64,000 nt of DNA from NCBI GenBank assembly GCA_000091205.1, contig AP006498.2. One strand, written 5' to 3'. Positions 43,889-55,748 of this stretch are shown here, piece after piece. The notes beneath the pieces are model-generated. The model did no database searches and had not been told where the DNA came from. It saw only the letters and a program-made list of their open reading frames with translations. Source of the DNA: Cyanidioschyzon merolae. Taxonomy: Eukaryota. The translations under genes were made by a program, and so were the position numbers. The number at the start of each line of letters is the position of its first letter. Positions within the stretch are counted from its first letter, which is position 1.

Positions 43889-45010
43889 CTATGTCTGTAC
43901 GTTCGTACAGTGGTGCTGGCTCGATCCATCCTCATTCCTTCCGGGCAGAGGCGATTCTCCGCAGCCTAGCGGCAAGCGCACGGCAAGCGCCGCTGGAGAA
44001 CCGCCACGACGTCTCGAGCGAATGACATCGCCTGAGTATTGAGCCATCCAAGCGACACGAGACTGGAGAACGGATGCACGGGGTGCTTGTGGACACTCTG
44101 GCACCTGGCCGCCGCTTTCCAGTCGATAAGGTAACGACCAATGCCAGACGTCGTCCGCAAAAACGACAACGTCGCCCGGGCTGAGCATAAGTAGTGACGC
44201 CTGCGATGCCGCCACTGGCGCCTCTGCACTTGTCATCAGCGCCTTGCAGAGCGCTTCAGTCACGAAAGCGCTCGGCCGACTCGCCGAGCCGCCCAAACGC
44301 TCCAGGAACGCCAGAAACGCAGCTTCGTGCGTGCGTGGCACCATGCACAGCGCACCGTTTAAGCGAGACACCGTCCCAGAGACTGGCGCCCAGACCGCAA
44401 CAGTGCCTACCACTGACGCAAACTTGTCCTCAACATCGTAATCTCGGTCTCGATGAATATCGAACGCTGAGTAAATAGTTTGTGTGGGCGGCTTGCAAAT
44501 AAACTGCTCATTGTAGAGAAACACCTCCGTTAGCGCCGTGTAGCCGAAGCAACAGGCGAGCGCCTCAGCGGCCAGAGCCGCCAGTCGCCTCGACACGCTG
44601 AGCACCTCGGTGGAGTCTGCATTCGGATTCAAACGGAAGTTCGTGATATAATCAGCGGCGCTGATGGTGCTCGCTGGCAAGGCTTCATAGCACGCGATAA
44701 CACCGCCGTGCCCGGCAACGCCAGTGTGCGTCACACTATCCGCTTCATACTGAAGCGTAAACAGCGCCTCCTCTCCAAGCGCTTGCACTGTGCTCGGTTC
44801 CAGAAACCCTCTCAGGACGACAAACCCCTGATCTTTTAATAATTCGCGTTCAAACGCCGCCGCAAGTCCTGGGAGAAACGACGAAGAGGCGCTTCGCATA
44901 TGCTGCTCAGCAGCGCTGGCGTGCGAGTAAAGCGGAACAGCCGCGGGATGCAACTTAACGCAGCCGCTGTCTACGGGGCTACGCACGTTGCGGAGAGCGC
45001 GAGTGGACAA
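43889..45010 (-). CDS. Phytanoyl-CoA dioxygenase (PhyH)-like 2OG-Fe(II) oxygenase.
   Basis: Overall PhyH-like layout, with a putative HxD in FDIHRDRD. This is a weak assignment. Confidence 0.35.
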   Translation of the reverse strand: MSTRALRNVRSPVDSGCVKLHPAAVPLYSHASAAEQHMRSASSSFLPGLAAAFERELLKDQGFVVLRGFLEPSTVQALGEEALFTLQYEADSVTHTGVAGHGGVIACYEALPASTISAADYITNFRLNPNADSTEVLSVSRRLAALAAEALACCFGYTALTEVFLYNEQFICKPPTQTIYSAFDIHRDRDYDVEDKFASVVGTVAVWAPVSGTVSRLNGALCMVPRTHEAAFLAFLERLGGSASRPSAFVTEALCKALMTSAEAPVAASQASLLMLSPGDVVVFADDVWHWSLPYRLESGGQVPECPQAPRASVLQSRVAWMAQYSGDVIRSRRRGGSPAALAVRLPLGCGESPLPGRNEDGSSQHHCTNVQT

Positions 45011-45193
45011 AAGCCCTCATAGCAGCAGGCACACTAAACGAATCCGATTCAACGACAGGGTTGGGTGTCGTGCTGATCAACGTTTAACGGCGTGAGGGAG
45101 CATGCAACTTTGAAAGCGGGCGAGGCTGCTTGTATTCAGAGCTGACACGCTGCGTTTTGCCACTACAACCAAGCGAAGCGACCAGGACGCCTG

Positions 45194-46570
45194 TTGTTTG
45201 CAGAAAGTACACCCGTCGGTTCCGTCGAGCGCTGGTGTCGCGCCAAGAGCGGTTCGTCGTGCACCAGAGACGCAGCTCGCAGCGAGAGTGCCTCGGGGCG
45301 GACTCTGCAGTGCACGGTGCCTCGGCACCGCTGCCGACGTGCAACACTGGAAGCACACGCACCAGGCGTTGGCGCTCGGGTTTCTGCCATGACAGCTGAT
45401 AACGCTTGCACGGGCCGCGAGCCCAGCGACTCAAGACAGGAACGCGATTCGCAAGCGCGGGCGAGTCGGCCTCGTATGCAAGGTCGCTTCACGGACCGAG
45501 AACTGGAACAACTCGAAGACGGCTTACGAGCGGTCTGCACAGAGCTGGGGCTCCCAGCAACCCCGCAACAGTTCAGTGAGCTGGCGACGCGACCCCGTGC
45601 AGTTCGCAGAGCATGTGCGCACCAGCTTCCCGGTTCAGAGGTTCTGCTTCGCAACTGGGGTGGCATCTGGAAGCGCGTCGCGACTTTTGTGCCTGGTCGC
45701 AGCTGGCGTCAGGTCTACGATACGGCACGCCGCCGCTACGCTGGAAATAACTACCTCGGTGATTGGACCGAAGAACAACTGGCTCTGTTGGAGCGTGCTG
45801 TTGAACAGCACGGTCCCTGTTGGTCCAAAGTCGCAGAGGAGGTGGGCCGCTTCGCTTCCTCATGCCGGGACAAGTGGCGGCAGTCGTTTGAGAGCAGAGG
45901 CCGCCTGCGAGGCCGATGGTCCCCTGACGAGCGCCGTCGACTCCTTGAAGCGATGCGCAAATACGGTGAAGCGCCCGCTGCCGCGTCGGAGTTTGGGAAT
46001 GTAACGACCCGTCCGGATCAACTCGATGGCACAACAGATCCACGAACGATGGACGTTCTCGAAGGAAACGGCAAACCAGCGGTTTCCCGGAAACGAGGCC
46101 GCAGCAGTGCATACACCGAGTCCGAAGGATTCTGGACGCGAATCGCTATCTATGTAGGTACTCGTTCGGAGTTCCAGTGCCGTTGCGAATGGCAGCGCCA
46201 TATGGATCCACGTCGCATTAGCCGTCGGGGAAGCGCACACCGTGCCGCTTCTTTGAATCTGCAGTTTCTCGGCGTTCTGGAAAAGTTCGTTACTCCAGAT
46301 GGAACGCGACGGGTGCCGCGTGATGTCTCGGAGATTAAGTGGGGTGAAGTGCACCCCGACCTGAACGCTTATCGCTGCTACCTCTGGTGGCGACAGCTGC
46401 TTCAGCGATTCTATCCAGAGTCACCGTTGCTCTCCAATGATATGCAAGCCCGCAGAAATGCCTCGCTACTGGAGACCATCCGTGAAGTGCGCTTGCGTAT
46501 CCTACAGCATTACCCAGAATCAGCAGAAGCTGGAGAAGTTCGCGCCGTGGACACCTTGGAGCGAGCCTAG
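45194..46570 (+). CDS. Myb/SANT-repeat DNA-binding protein (Reb1/DMTF1/SNAPC4-like). The start codon is uncertain.
   Basis: At least 3 tandem Myb-like repeats: W..v.....Y.GNNYLGDWTEEQLALLERAVEQHGPCWSKVAEEVGR...CRDKWRQ; GRWSPDERRRLLEAMRKYGE; WTRIAIYVGTRSEFQCRCEWQRHMDP. Confidence 0.7.
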   Translation: MFAESTPVGSVERWCRAKSGSSCTRDAARSESASGRTLQCTVPRHRCRRATLEAHAPGVGARVSAMTADNACTGREPSDSRQERDSQARASRPRMQGRFTDRELEQLEDGLRAVCTELGLPATPQQFSELATRPRAVRRACAHQLPGSEVLLRNWGGIWKRVATFVPGRSWRQVYDTARRRYAGNNYLGDWTEEQLALLERAVEQHGPCWSKVAEEVGRFASSCRDKWRQSFESRGRLRGRWSPDERRRLLEAMRKYGEAPAAASEFGNVTTRPDQLDGTTDPRTMDVLEGNGKPAVSRKRGRSSAYTESEGFWTRIAIYVGTRSEFQCRCEWQRHMDPRRISRRGSAHRAASLNLQFLGVLEKFVTPDGTRRVPRDVSEIKWGEVHPDLNAYRCYLWWRQLLQRFYPESPLLSNDMQARRNASLLETIREVRLRILQHYPESAEAGEVRAVDTLERA

Positions 46571-46973
46571 CCAGTGCGTGGCGCTCTGGCACGCGCGATA
46601 AACGCACCTAGTCATTGAGCAAACGCCCCGGAGCATTTAAATCGCCTTTTATCTTGTCTACAACTTTCAACCGAGATGGACGTACTTTCCCGACACTCGT
46701 GCATGCTGGATCCCTCAGCGACTTTGGGGCAACGCTCACGCCGACTGCCACGTTTGCAACCTGGCACCGCGTGCGTGCTCAAGGCACATGCGCGCCGGTA
46801 CCCGCAGCCTTTCCCGGGTAGCGAATCCGCTTCGCTGCCTCCACCGGCGGTGATTCTCGAATGCTACGCATGAAACCAGTCTGGGTTGCTGTGCACTATG
46901 CGTTCAAGTTACGCAACGTCTGCAGTGGGATACGAAAATAGTAGTACCTGCATGCATGCATGCAGCTGCTTGT

Positions 46974-47948
46974 TCACTGTGCCTTGTGCCGCGAATCAGC
47001 TGCCCATTTCTGTACGAGCTTGTCCATCTCAATGCCCACCATCGCATCGCCCAAGTCTTCGCTCACTTCCGCCAAAATCTTGGGATCATTGTAGTTGGCC
47101 ACCGCCTTCACAATCGCACGTGCGCGTTTCTCTGGATCTGCACTTTTGAAGATGCCGCTGCCGACGAAGACGCCGTCCATGCCGAGTTGCATCATAAGCG
47201 CGGCATCCGCGGGCGTTGCGACGCCACCAGCTGCGAACTGGACCACGGGCAACCGGCCCATTTCTTTTGTACGTTTCACCAGGGCATAGCTTGCCCCAAT
47301 CTCTTTGGCGTACGTGAAGAGCTCGTCATCATCCATGGTTTGCAACCGGCGAATTTCGCCCACGACCTGCCGCGCATGGCGAACCGCTTCGACTACGTTT
47401 CCGGTACCGGCCTCGCCCTTCGTGCGAATGAAAGCCGCACCCTCCTGAATTCGACGGAGAGCCTCGCCGAGATTGCGGCATCCGCAGACGAACGGCACAC
47501 GGAACTTGTGCTTGTTGATGTGATGCAGGTCATCGGCGGGGGTTAGCACCTCGCTCTCGTCGATGTAATCCACTCCTAAAGCTTCGAGGATCTGGGCCTC
47601 CACGAAATGCCCAATGCGTGCCTTAGCCATGACCGGGATAGACACTGCTGCTTTGATTCGTTTGATCAGGCCGGGGTCGCTCATGCGCGCAACTTGTCCC
47701 TGTGCCCGAATGTCCGCCGGAATGCGTTCGAGCGCCATGACTGCACAAGCACCGGCGTTCTCTGCGATTCGTGCCTGCTCTGGGGTCACAACATCCATGA
47801 TGACACCACCTTTGAGCATCTGCGCCAACCCGACCTTCACTGCGAAGGTGCTGGCGTGGACGTCACCGTTCAGGTGCGACCACTCGGAGCCGCCATTCAC
47901 AGCCCGTTCGGTCTCTGCGAAAGAGGCACCGTCGACGTGAGAATTCAT
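46974..47948 (-). CDS. PDX1: Pyridoxal 5'-phosphate synthase subunit PDX1/PdxS/SNZ.
   Basis: [45 protein letters not shown]...[42 protein letters not shown]...[35 protein letters not shown] is a canonical PdxS sequence. The ORF extends to 48101; the start is set at the internal Met (MNSHVDG...) to match PdxS length. Confidence 0.9.
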   Translation of the reverse strand: MNSHVDGASFAETERAVNGGSEWSHLNGDVHASTFAVKVGLAQMLKGGVIMDVVTPEQARIAENAGACAVMALERIPADIRAQGQVARMSDPGLIKRIKAAVSIPVMAKARIGHFVEAQILEALGVDYIDESEVLTPADDLHHINKHKFRVPFVCGCRNLGEALRRIQEGAAFIRTKGEAGTGNVVEAVRHARQVVGEIRRLQTMDDDELFTYAKEIGASYALVKRTKEMGRLPVVQFAAGGVATPADAALMMQLGMDGVFVGSGIFKSADPEKRARAIVKAVANYNDPKILAEVSEDLGDAMVGIEMDKLVQKWAADSRHKAQ

Positions 47949-49924
47949 TGCGATAAGCTCGTTGAACAGAAGAGACTTGTTTCTTGAAACGAATTGCGTA
48001 TGCGTCACGCACTTTGCGTGATCGTTGCAGCGTAAATTTTTAGCGTCAGACTTGTAACGTACGCTTCCGTTGGCAGCGTCAACCGGAACGTCGAATTCCA
48101 ACGAGAACGACTCCGTTCGATAACCAGCGCACTTTCGTCTTGAATGAGGTTACCTGTCCTTCACGAAATGAAGACGAAGCTGTTCAGTACGCCAGTCGCG
48201 CTGGACGTCCTCGAACTGACTGCGTTTTGCTGCGGTCTGTGAACACCAGATGCACGCGTCACCCACAAACACACACGAAGAGTGATGTTCAGGTCAAGCG
48301 CCGCTGGTACAGTGATCGATGCGCGGACGCCGTCATGCCCCGCCGTGTCGCCGTTTTTCGGGTGATCCGCGGATGGCGTCGCTGGAGGGTATGTCCGTCT
48401 ATATATGTCGCATTTGTTTTGTTTCATCGAACGTAGACACAGCGGAGACCAGCGATCCCCGATTGCGGGATGCGCTCCGGCATTCGGGAAAGCATCCATC
48501 ATGCTTCACACTACGTTCAAGTTCCTCTACCGATACGTTCCCCTCGAGGGTACTGGTTATTGCTCAAGTTCTATCGTGCGCCGAGTGTGTGCCTCGGGCG
48601 CCCGCGTTCGCGTCCATAGCGCCAGTGCGGATACAAGGTGACGACAGAAAAGCTTTTCCGTACGGGGATCGGATGATGGCATCGCATGCCATGGCAGAGC
48701 ATCGCTCGGGTCGCTGATGGGCATTCTCAATGCTGGAGATCCATTATGGTGGAGCTAGAACTTTGGCAGGTCCGTCGTTCAATTCCAATCTGGAGGCTGG
48801 TAAAGCGCTCACTGGGTCTAGGGAGAGCGCGATGAAGCATATGCGTCGGAGGCTAGCGAAGTGGATGGAATCCCCGTGTAAGACGAGTCTCTCCCTAGCG
48901 TGCGAGCAATGCGGTCAAGCGCGTCGCCATATGCCTCTGGAATCCACTTGCCGCAGAGCGTGGGACGTGAATCTGGCGTGGATTTCGTGAAAATCACCGG
49001 AAAACCGGATGCAATGATGTATCTAGAGTTTTGCCCTGATCTGCACCACCTGCATGACGCGTACAGGTGCGCACCGATCTCAGCGTTCACATGCGAGGCG
49101 GGCTACGTGCTGCGCATCCTGCAAACAGGGCAGAGGTGCAGCGAGAAGTCGCTGCTTGTGGTCTTTTGTCGCTGATGGGATAACGCATGTGCAACATGCT
49201 TGCTTGACGCGTCGCTTTCCGTGCAGCACGCAAATCGAACGAGCTCTACTTGGCATCGCATTCACGTACATACGTGGTCCGTACCGAGCGGTGGAAACGT
49301 GGAATGTCTCTGTTTCATGATGCTGCTCAATACAGCGATGCGCTGCCTCGGATCCTTGAGAAGCACCTGGGCACTCGACGCACTTGCGGCATCGCCATAT
49401 CACCTCCAGACAAGTATGTGATGTTCTGGAAGCATGTTTTCGGGTTGTGACGGGCGCAAAGTCATGGTCATGGGACGCAACAGGCACATCTTTTCCGCAA
49501 TTTGCGTGATATCATTGAAGAAGAAATCATAAGGAAAACGAGTCTGTTGGGCGCTGACGAGGCGTGGTGCTCGCGGCCCCAGCGACAGTGGCTTGGGACT
49601 CGTTTAGGGTAGTCTTGCATCCAAGCCAGTCACTTGTTTTCGCAAGTTTCAGATATATCATGAAATGTCGAGAAACTTGCTCCAGCACTGCGTGAAGCGT
49701 CGCACACCGGCCGCACGAAAAGCATCCGCTCTGGACGTTAGCCCTGCGGGCTATGCCCGTGTCTGATAAAAATTAGAAGCTGAAACGCTCGCCCTCCCCT
49801 GTCTTGCCATTTTTTCGAACTTTATTTTAGATCTTCACACTCGACATTCCAAGACCAGTAATTCGAGCTTACCGTGCTCGTACGTAATTTTAAGTGTTCT
49901 CGGTCGTGGTTTCCAAGTGGCCCC

Positions 49925-50100
49925 TCGCCGCGGTGCCGCTGGGATTCGTTGCGTCATCCGAATCAAGATGATTCGCGACGCGTTCGAACCAGGGTCCGTA
50001 AACTAAGTGATATCATCATCCAGTCCATGCCTGCAAGCCTCTACGCTGCTCCTTTCCTCGTGTATAGCATCGCCACATAAAGTATTCTTCATTGTTTCAA
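49925..50100. repeat. Diverged fragment of the A-part of the dispersed repeat, inside a 4.3-kb gene-poor AT-shifted interval.
   Basis: gctgggattcgttgcgtcatccgaatcaagatgattcgcgacgcgttcgaacc...atcatcatccagtccatgcctgcaagcctctacgctgctcctttcctcgtgtatagcatcgc is similar to the 11141 and 19741 copies. Confidence 0.6.
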
Positions 50101-52398
50101 TGCTTCTTTTCCAGGGTAACTCGTGTGCGCAGAAATTCGCGTCGCTGGATTGAAATGCGAAAAAGTACTCGAGGTCGAGCCTTATCATCTTGTTCACAGG
50201 CTGATGCCGAGCGTTTAATGAATTTGCCACGTCAAGTAATCGATTCCGATCGAAAGACGGATGGTCCTCTCCTGGTGGCTGCCAACGAAAGAGAATTCCA
50301 CCATAGAAGCACGATGCTTCTTACAGAACATGCCCCTATAGGCGCCCGTCTCTTCTGTTTATATGGATAAGGGTCTTGGGCTCGTAGATAAGTCCCGGCA
50401 GCGATCGCTTTGAGTGGAGCGTGCGTCACCGCTTTGAATGAAAGGAGTGTATACCGGGCGGAATTTCTCGACTTGTTCTGTAGCCTGGATTTTTCGTTCG
50501 ATGCTTATTTCATGAAAGACAGCATCGTGCACCAAAAATCCCGTGTCAAATGGAACAACATGTGTTTGTGTATGCAGCGGACAGCGTACTCGCCCAGTGA
50601 ATAGCCTAGAAAAAAATCCGTGATCCTAAGCGACGGCGTCGGGCGAGGAAACAGAAGAGTGCATCGAAAGGAGCCTTCTGCACCCTTCGAGGGCATGCAC
50701 TGAGTGATGAAACATGTATCCCCATGGCATAATATGCGCCCGCGGAAGAAAGCGTTTGGTTATAGACGTGGCGGAGCAGCCGAACACAGCCCGGTGTCAC
50801 CGCTCCGAAGCGCGCACCGATGCAGCATACAAAGAAGATGAAAAGGGTAAACTATACGTGGATCGCAACTTCCGCCTGTACATCAAATGCAGCGGCAACA
50901 GCCGAAAGCAATAAAATCGGTGCTTCAACGTAGCTATCAACATTTCTTCGACCGCTGACCACGGTGTTGAAACAGAAAAAGCGTTCAGCATATTCAAAGC
51001 CCGAGACCAGAGACGGGAAACCGGAGCAGTCCCAAAAAAGCATGCAAAGGCTGGTGTTGATGTCTGTTGGAAGAGACCAAAACTTGAACGTGTTCGAGCG
51101 TGTCAGTGTACCTATTGCATTTTCTTCGAACATGAGCGTAGCGCACACCCTGTGGCGCATGCGCCATACCCAGATCCGCTCCGAGTAGACGGACGTCGAG
51201 GCGCTGCACAGTCACTCTGGCTTCAGAAGCAGCGGCAGTGGAGGAGCTTTTACCACCACAGCGAGAACCTGCGATAGGCTCGGCACCCGAAAGACCACCA
51301 AACTGATTGAACCTCTATTTTTAGATGAGAATCCGTTCTTAAATGGATACAGCATCACGGTATTCCAAGCAGAGCTGTTGAATGGTGCCTGGCGATCGTC
51401 AGCAGTCGCGTACTCGGTAGCATCCGCTTCGATGCATCCGTCCTTCTCCATCAAAAACAGCGCGGATGGAGCCGGCCGGACTACGGAGAATGGATCGAAC
51501 TAGTATCTGTTCTTGCGAGTGAAAACTAATATCCACGCGTAGACACCTCGCAGGCTTTTTCGACCTGCCCCCAGGTATCGGTTTCGGCGTCTCCCTGAAC
51601 ACTTCATGCAGCAGAGGCCGGCCCACAAAGTCAGATCACGTCAGCTCCGCAGGTCTCGTCTTCAGCGCTAGACGTCGTCTGATATTGATGACGGTGTACA
51701 AGTCTCGGTTCACGAAGTCCATGCATGCATTGCCGCTGGTTGACCGCCTCAGTGTAAGGATTCCTCAAACTCTTGCCCTCTGCGCCTCTGCAGTCTCGTC
51801 ATCGTTCCGTCGGCCAAAAACGTTTCCTCGCTTGTCTTCCTTCTTTTTCTTCGACATTTGCTCTTCTTCGCTCGATGGTAAAGGACAAGAGGATTTTTTC
51901 GTTTCTTTTCGGGTACCCGGCAACACCGAGCCTCAAGGATCCGCGATTTTGCATGTCCATACCTTTCCCTTGGTCTTTTCATTTCTTCAAAATGAACGCA
52001 CTTCCAACGCTTCTGCTATAGACCGCAAAAAAAAGCACTTGAATCCACGCACCTGGGGAATGCAACACAGTTGAGCTGAAATACTAGAGAAATCGCAGCG
52101 TTGCGCCACCAGCGGATCCCGTACTCACTGAACGGAGGCCTATCTAGTCAGCAACTCGTCGATTGTCCAGGCTTCTGGACTGAGGTAATAAACGCTTCGA
52201 AGGTAGACGCGCTGAACGCTCCTCAGGTTCCGGAAACAGAGCCGGCGTTCTGGCGAGACACTGGGACTCACTGAGCCCACTTGCGCTCAGGGAAGCCGCC
52301 TCGTGAACAGACGTTCCATAGGGGACAACCTGGTGCGCACAAGGACGCACCTGGTGTCGCGTCTGGTTGTCGACGTTTTCGCGTAAGGAACTGAGGTC

Positions 52399-54729
52399 AT
52401 GAACCACGAGAGCGTCGTTCAAGAACGTGAATGCGACCCTCCCGAACAGATTTCTCGCGACCGAGCCAACGCAGTGGGCAGCGAAGGCGGCGTGCGATGG
52501 CTCCCAACCTGGTTCCAGAGCTTTGGACGAAGCGGTCGAAACGCTGCCAGAGCTTCACCAACAAGTGACTTTATCGGCACAGCGGATGCAAACTGTAGCG
52601 CTGCAACCTGGTTTTATGTGTACTTCATGAGCATCGCGACAGTTTTGGGGACAGGTGTGCTCGGACTTCCGGTTTCGCTCTATCGCTGTGGTATAGCTCC
52701 GTTTCTGGTGTTCTTCACAGTGACAGTGGTTGCAGAAGCCTGCGCTGTCGTCGTAGCGGTTGAGCTTCTGCAAAGAACTCAGGCGAGCCTGGCACTCGAG
52801 CGTCGAACCCACACAGACCACGCTCAGGACGGATTTCGCAGGTATCATGGTACGCAGTATCGAGCGGGCGGCTCGCCTGAGAACGATCACATGCCTCCCT
52901 CTTCCACGATACCGAAGCACCGTCTCGAGCACGATCGTATGGAGTACTACGACACAACGGAGGAGACTCGAAGTCGCAGCACGTCGACAGTGTCGCAGGA
53001 GCTCTCCGCGGCCCGCAGGGCTAGCCCCACTGACCAGACGATCTTGACACTATCGCCGGCTGTCGAGCGAAACGCTGCATATCCACCGTATGCGACAGTG
53101 CGCGCCCTCGAGCCAGACCGGACGGGTGCACTGGCCTCGTCGCCAAACCGCTCCGAAGAGGCCGTCGATACAGCGCCGTGCAATAGAGATACGCAGCACA
53201 CAACACCTTCGCTCTCCGCCATGGCGCTAGCGTTCCTTCAGAAACGTTGGCTTCGACTGCTGTTTCAGGCGGCTGTTTATCTCCATTTTATTTCCATTAT
53301 GATATCGTACGGACTTGCGGGGCCGCAAGCGTATGTTGCACTCTTTCGACCGTCGCTGAGACGTTTGTCCAAACAGACGCTCATGAACGCATTCATTGCA
53401 CCGAGGTGGTCGATCGCACTCTTCTGTGCAGTTGGTACCGCGTTGCTTATTTTCTGCCTGGGTGCAGTATTGCCGGTGCTAACGATCGCGACGGGAATCA
53501 AAGCTACACTTTTGGTGGTCATCGTGCTCGTGGTGGGCGTTTTTGGAGCAGAGATCGCAAATCCCTGGCGCAACCAATGGAGCGCTTTTCTGGAGCCGTT
53601 CCTCATGGGAACTGTCGCGCTGGGAGGTCTCACCACGGTCATGCCGGTAACGTACGCTCGTCTGGGCGAGCAGCCAAGCGCAAGCGGAGTGCGTCGTTAT
53701 CGCGCTGCAGTGATTGCCGGCCTCATCACCTGCTATTTTCTCAATATCGTCTGGTGCGTATCGGTCTTGGCTGTTGTGCCTCAGGCCACTCCGGATGCTC
53801 CATCGCAGGGTAGCGAGGGAGTGGTCGTTTCCCTCGAGGCTGCGAACGCGCTCGGCGAGATCAGTACGGTGCCATTGATTGCAGCTCTGGAGCAGCATCG
53901 GGCACAGGCAGCGCCAGCGGTTGCGGTCCTCGTGAATATTTTCATCACAGTGTCGATTACGGTTTCGTTCCTGGTGATCGGCTCTGGTCTGCGCCACATG
54001 ATTGACGGAGTGGTGGCGTCCTGGGCGCGCATGCCTGGTGCCTTCCATCAAACTGCTGAGCAAGGCGCAAAGAACCAAACGCTGAACGAGGACGGCGTAT
54101 TGGAAAGTCAAACCTTGTCGACGTTTGCGGGGGACGGCCCGGCTGCTGTTGCCGGCGTCCGGTTTGTTTCTGAGAAGCCCGCACGGGTTTCGGAAGAGGC
54201 AACCAGTGTGGGAGCACATCTCCCATCGCAGCACGGCAAGTCCTGGGAACATGACTCATTTCCAGTGGAATCTGGCGACGGAGACCAGGGACAATGGGGG
54301 TCGCCGACGGTTCCGCACTCGAGCGCACCGCTGAATCGCGTCGTAGATAACATGGTTGACGGTAGCGTCTCCAGCAGCGCGGGTATCGCGTCCAATGGAC
54401 AACGGACGCGACCCGGCGCCAAAACGCTGCGTTATGCGCTCTATGTGCTTTTCTATGGCTTCATCGCTTTAGTCGCGGTGATGAACCCACGCGGCTTCCT
54501 GGCAGTCATGGAAGGGTTCGCCTCCCTAGGACTTAATCTAGCCTGTGGTTTTTTCATAGCGCTCATGCTCTTCTTCGCGCGAAACCAGCCACAGCGAAAC
54601 ATTCCAGCACCGCTGGATCCGTCTTTGCTGCAATGGATCTGTTTCCTTTGTTTCGGATTCTTCGGGCTTGCCTCGGCGCTGGATGCGGCCTGGTGGCTGC
54701 CGCGACGTCTCCTCGCGGCCTTATTTTGA
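52399..54729 (+). CDS. Multi-pass membrane protein of the amino-acid transporter (Aa_trans/APC-like) class, with a large hydrophilic insert.
   Basis: YVYFMSIATVLGTGVLGLPVSL resembles the N-terminal Aa_trans motif. There are roughly 10-11 predicted TM helices. Inserts are low-complexity. Confidence 0.45.
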   Translation: MNHESVVQERECDPPEQISRDRANAVGSEGGVRWLPTWFQSFGRSGRNAARASPTSDFIGTADANCSAATWFYVYFMSIATVLGTGVLGLPVSLYRCGIAPFLVFFTVTVVAEACAVVVAVELLQRTQASLALERRTHTDHAQDGFRRYHGTQYRAGGSPENDHMPPSSTIPKHRLEHDRMEYYDTTEETRSRSTSTVSQELSAARRASPTDQTILTLSPAVERNAAYPPYATVRALEPDRTGALASSPNRSEEAVDTAPCNRDTQHTTPSLSAMALAFLQKRWLRLLFQAAVYLHFISIMISYGLAGPQAYVALFRPSLRRLSKQTLMNAFIAPRWSIALFCAVGTALLIFCLGAVLPVLTIATGIKATLLVVIVLVVGVFGAEIANPWRNQWSAFLEPFLMGTVALGGLTTVMPVTYARLGEQPSASGVRRYRAAVIAGLITCYFLNIVWCVSVLAVVPQATPDAPSQGSEGVVVSLEAANALGEISTVPLIAALEQHRAQAAPAVAVLVNIFITVSITVSFLVIGSGLRHMIDGVVASWARMPGAFHQTAEQGAKNQTLNEDGVLESQTLSTFAGDGPAAVAGVRFVSEKPARVSEEATSVGAHLPSQHGKSWEHDSFPVESGDGDQGQWGSPTVPHSSAPLNRVVDNMVDGSVSSSAGIASNGQRTRPGAKTLRYALYVLFYGFIALVAVMNPRGFLAVMEGFASLGLNLACGFFIALMLFFARNQPQRNIPAPLDPSLLQWICFLCFGFFGLASALDAAWWLPRRLLAALF

Positions 54730-55748
54730 CTCGAGCCCGCACCTGAGTGTCTCCGTATCCCACGCCTTGCGTAAAAGAGTCACCACAGCAGGTAGTGGTA
54801 GTGGTGGTGGATATCGAACTCGGAGAATGTTATCCGCCGTTGGCAGGGGTGCGCTGGTAGCCGCCCCAAGAACGCATACTTCAACAACTCGTTGGACTAC
54901 ATCGAGCGTAGCGCATAAACAGCGCGCCTGTCAGCCTCCAAGAGTAACGTATGACAACGCTGCTCCAGAGCGGCTGCCTGCACGGTTCCGAAACTGCCCT
55001 GCAAACCTGTCTGTTTTTCTTCCACGGCGTCCCGCAACGCCTGCATCCGCGCCTTGCCGATGACACTGTATGCGGCAGGTCCCTGTTCCGGCCTGTACCG
55101 TGAAACGCCTGACGTGTCCAGTGGATGCGTGCGGATGGCGGACGCCTACCGCGATGCGTGGCGCTGCGTGAAACGCGTGACGTGTCCAGTGGATGCGTGC
55201 GGATGGCGGACGCCTGCCGCGATGCGCATCTCATGAGCTTTCGGATGGCTGTTGTGGATTAGGGATTCCGGTATGCAGACCGCATGTAGCGCTTTTGCAT
55301 GACGGGTCATTGGGAAAAGCGTAGATTGACCGAAGAAACGCTTCATAATTCGCGGAAGGTCGAGCGCCGTCTGCGACAAGGCGTGTCGCGCACCTGTAGG
55401 CACGCCGATAGCCAGGGCCTGACAGAGACGCACGTACCGAGACGGCCGCTCGGGAACGGTACATCCACAGGATAGCGACAGACACCAGTTTCGTGGTACA
55501 AGGCAGCCTTTCATTCGCATGGTCCGCAGTCATCGGGGTCACCAGGAACGTTCGCAGCTGAAGAAAAGATTAGCGCGCACCACGCACCACCACGCTTAGG
55601 AAATCTGCACAGTTTCGCACAGGAGAAGAAAGAAGACGCACAGGCGCAATGACGTTCGCGAGTGATTCGATTTTAGGAACATCTGATGGATACTAGAATA
55701 CCAGGGCCGAATCTATGACGTTAAGAAAGGTTCCAGCAAAACCAAGCC

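Noticed and set aside
46974-48101. Full 375-aa ORF as the PDX1 CDS.
   Set aside because: The N-terminal 51 codons have no counterpart in PdxS/PDX1 proteins and look like translated 5' UTR. The start was moved to the internal Met at 47948.
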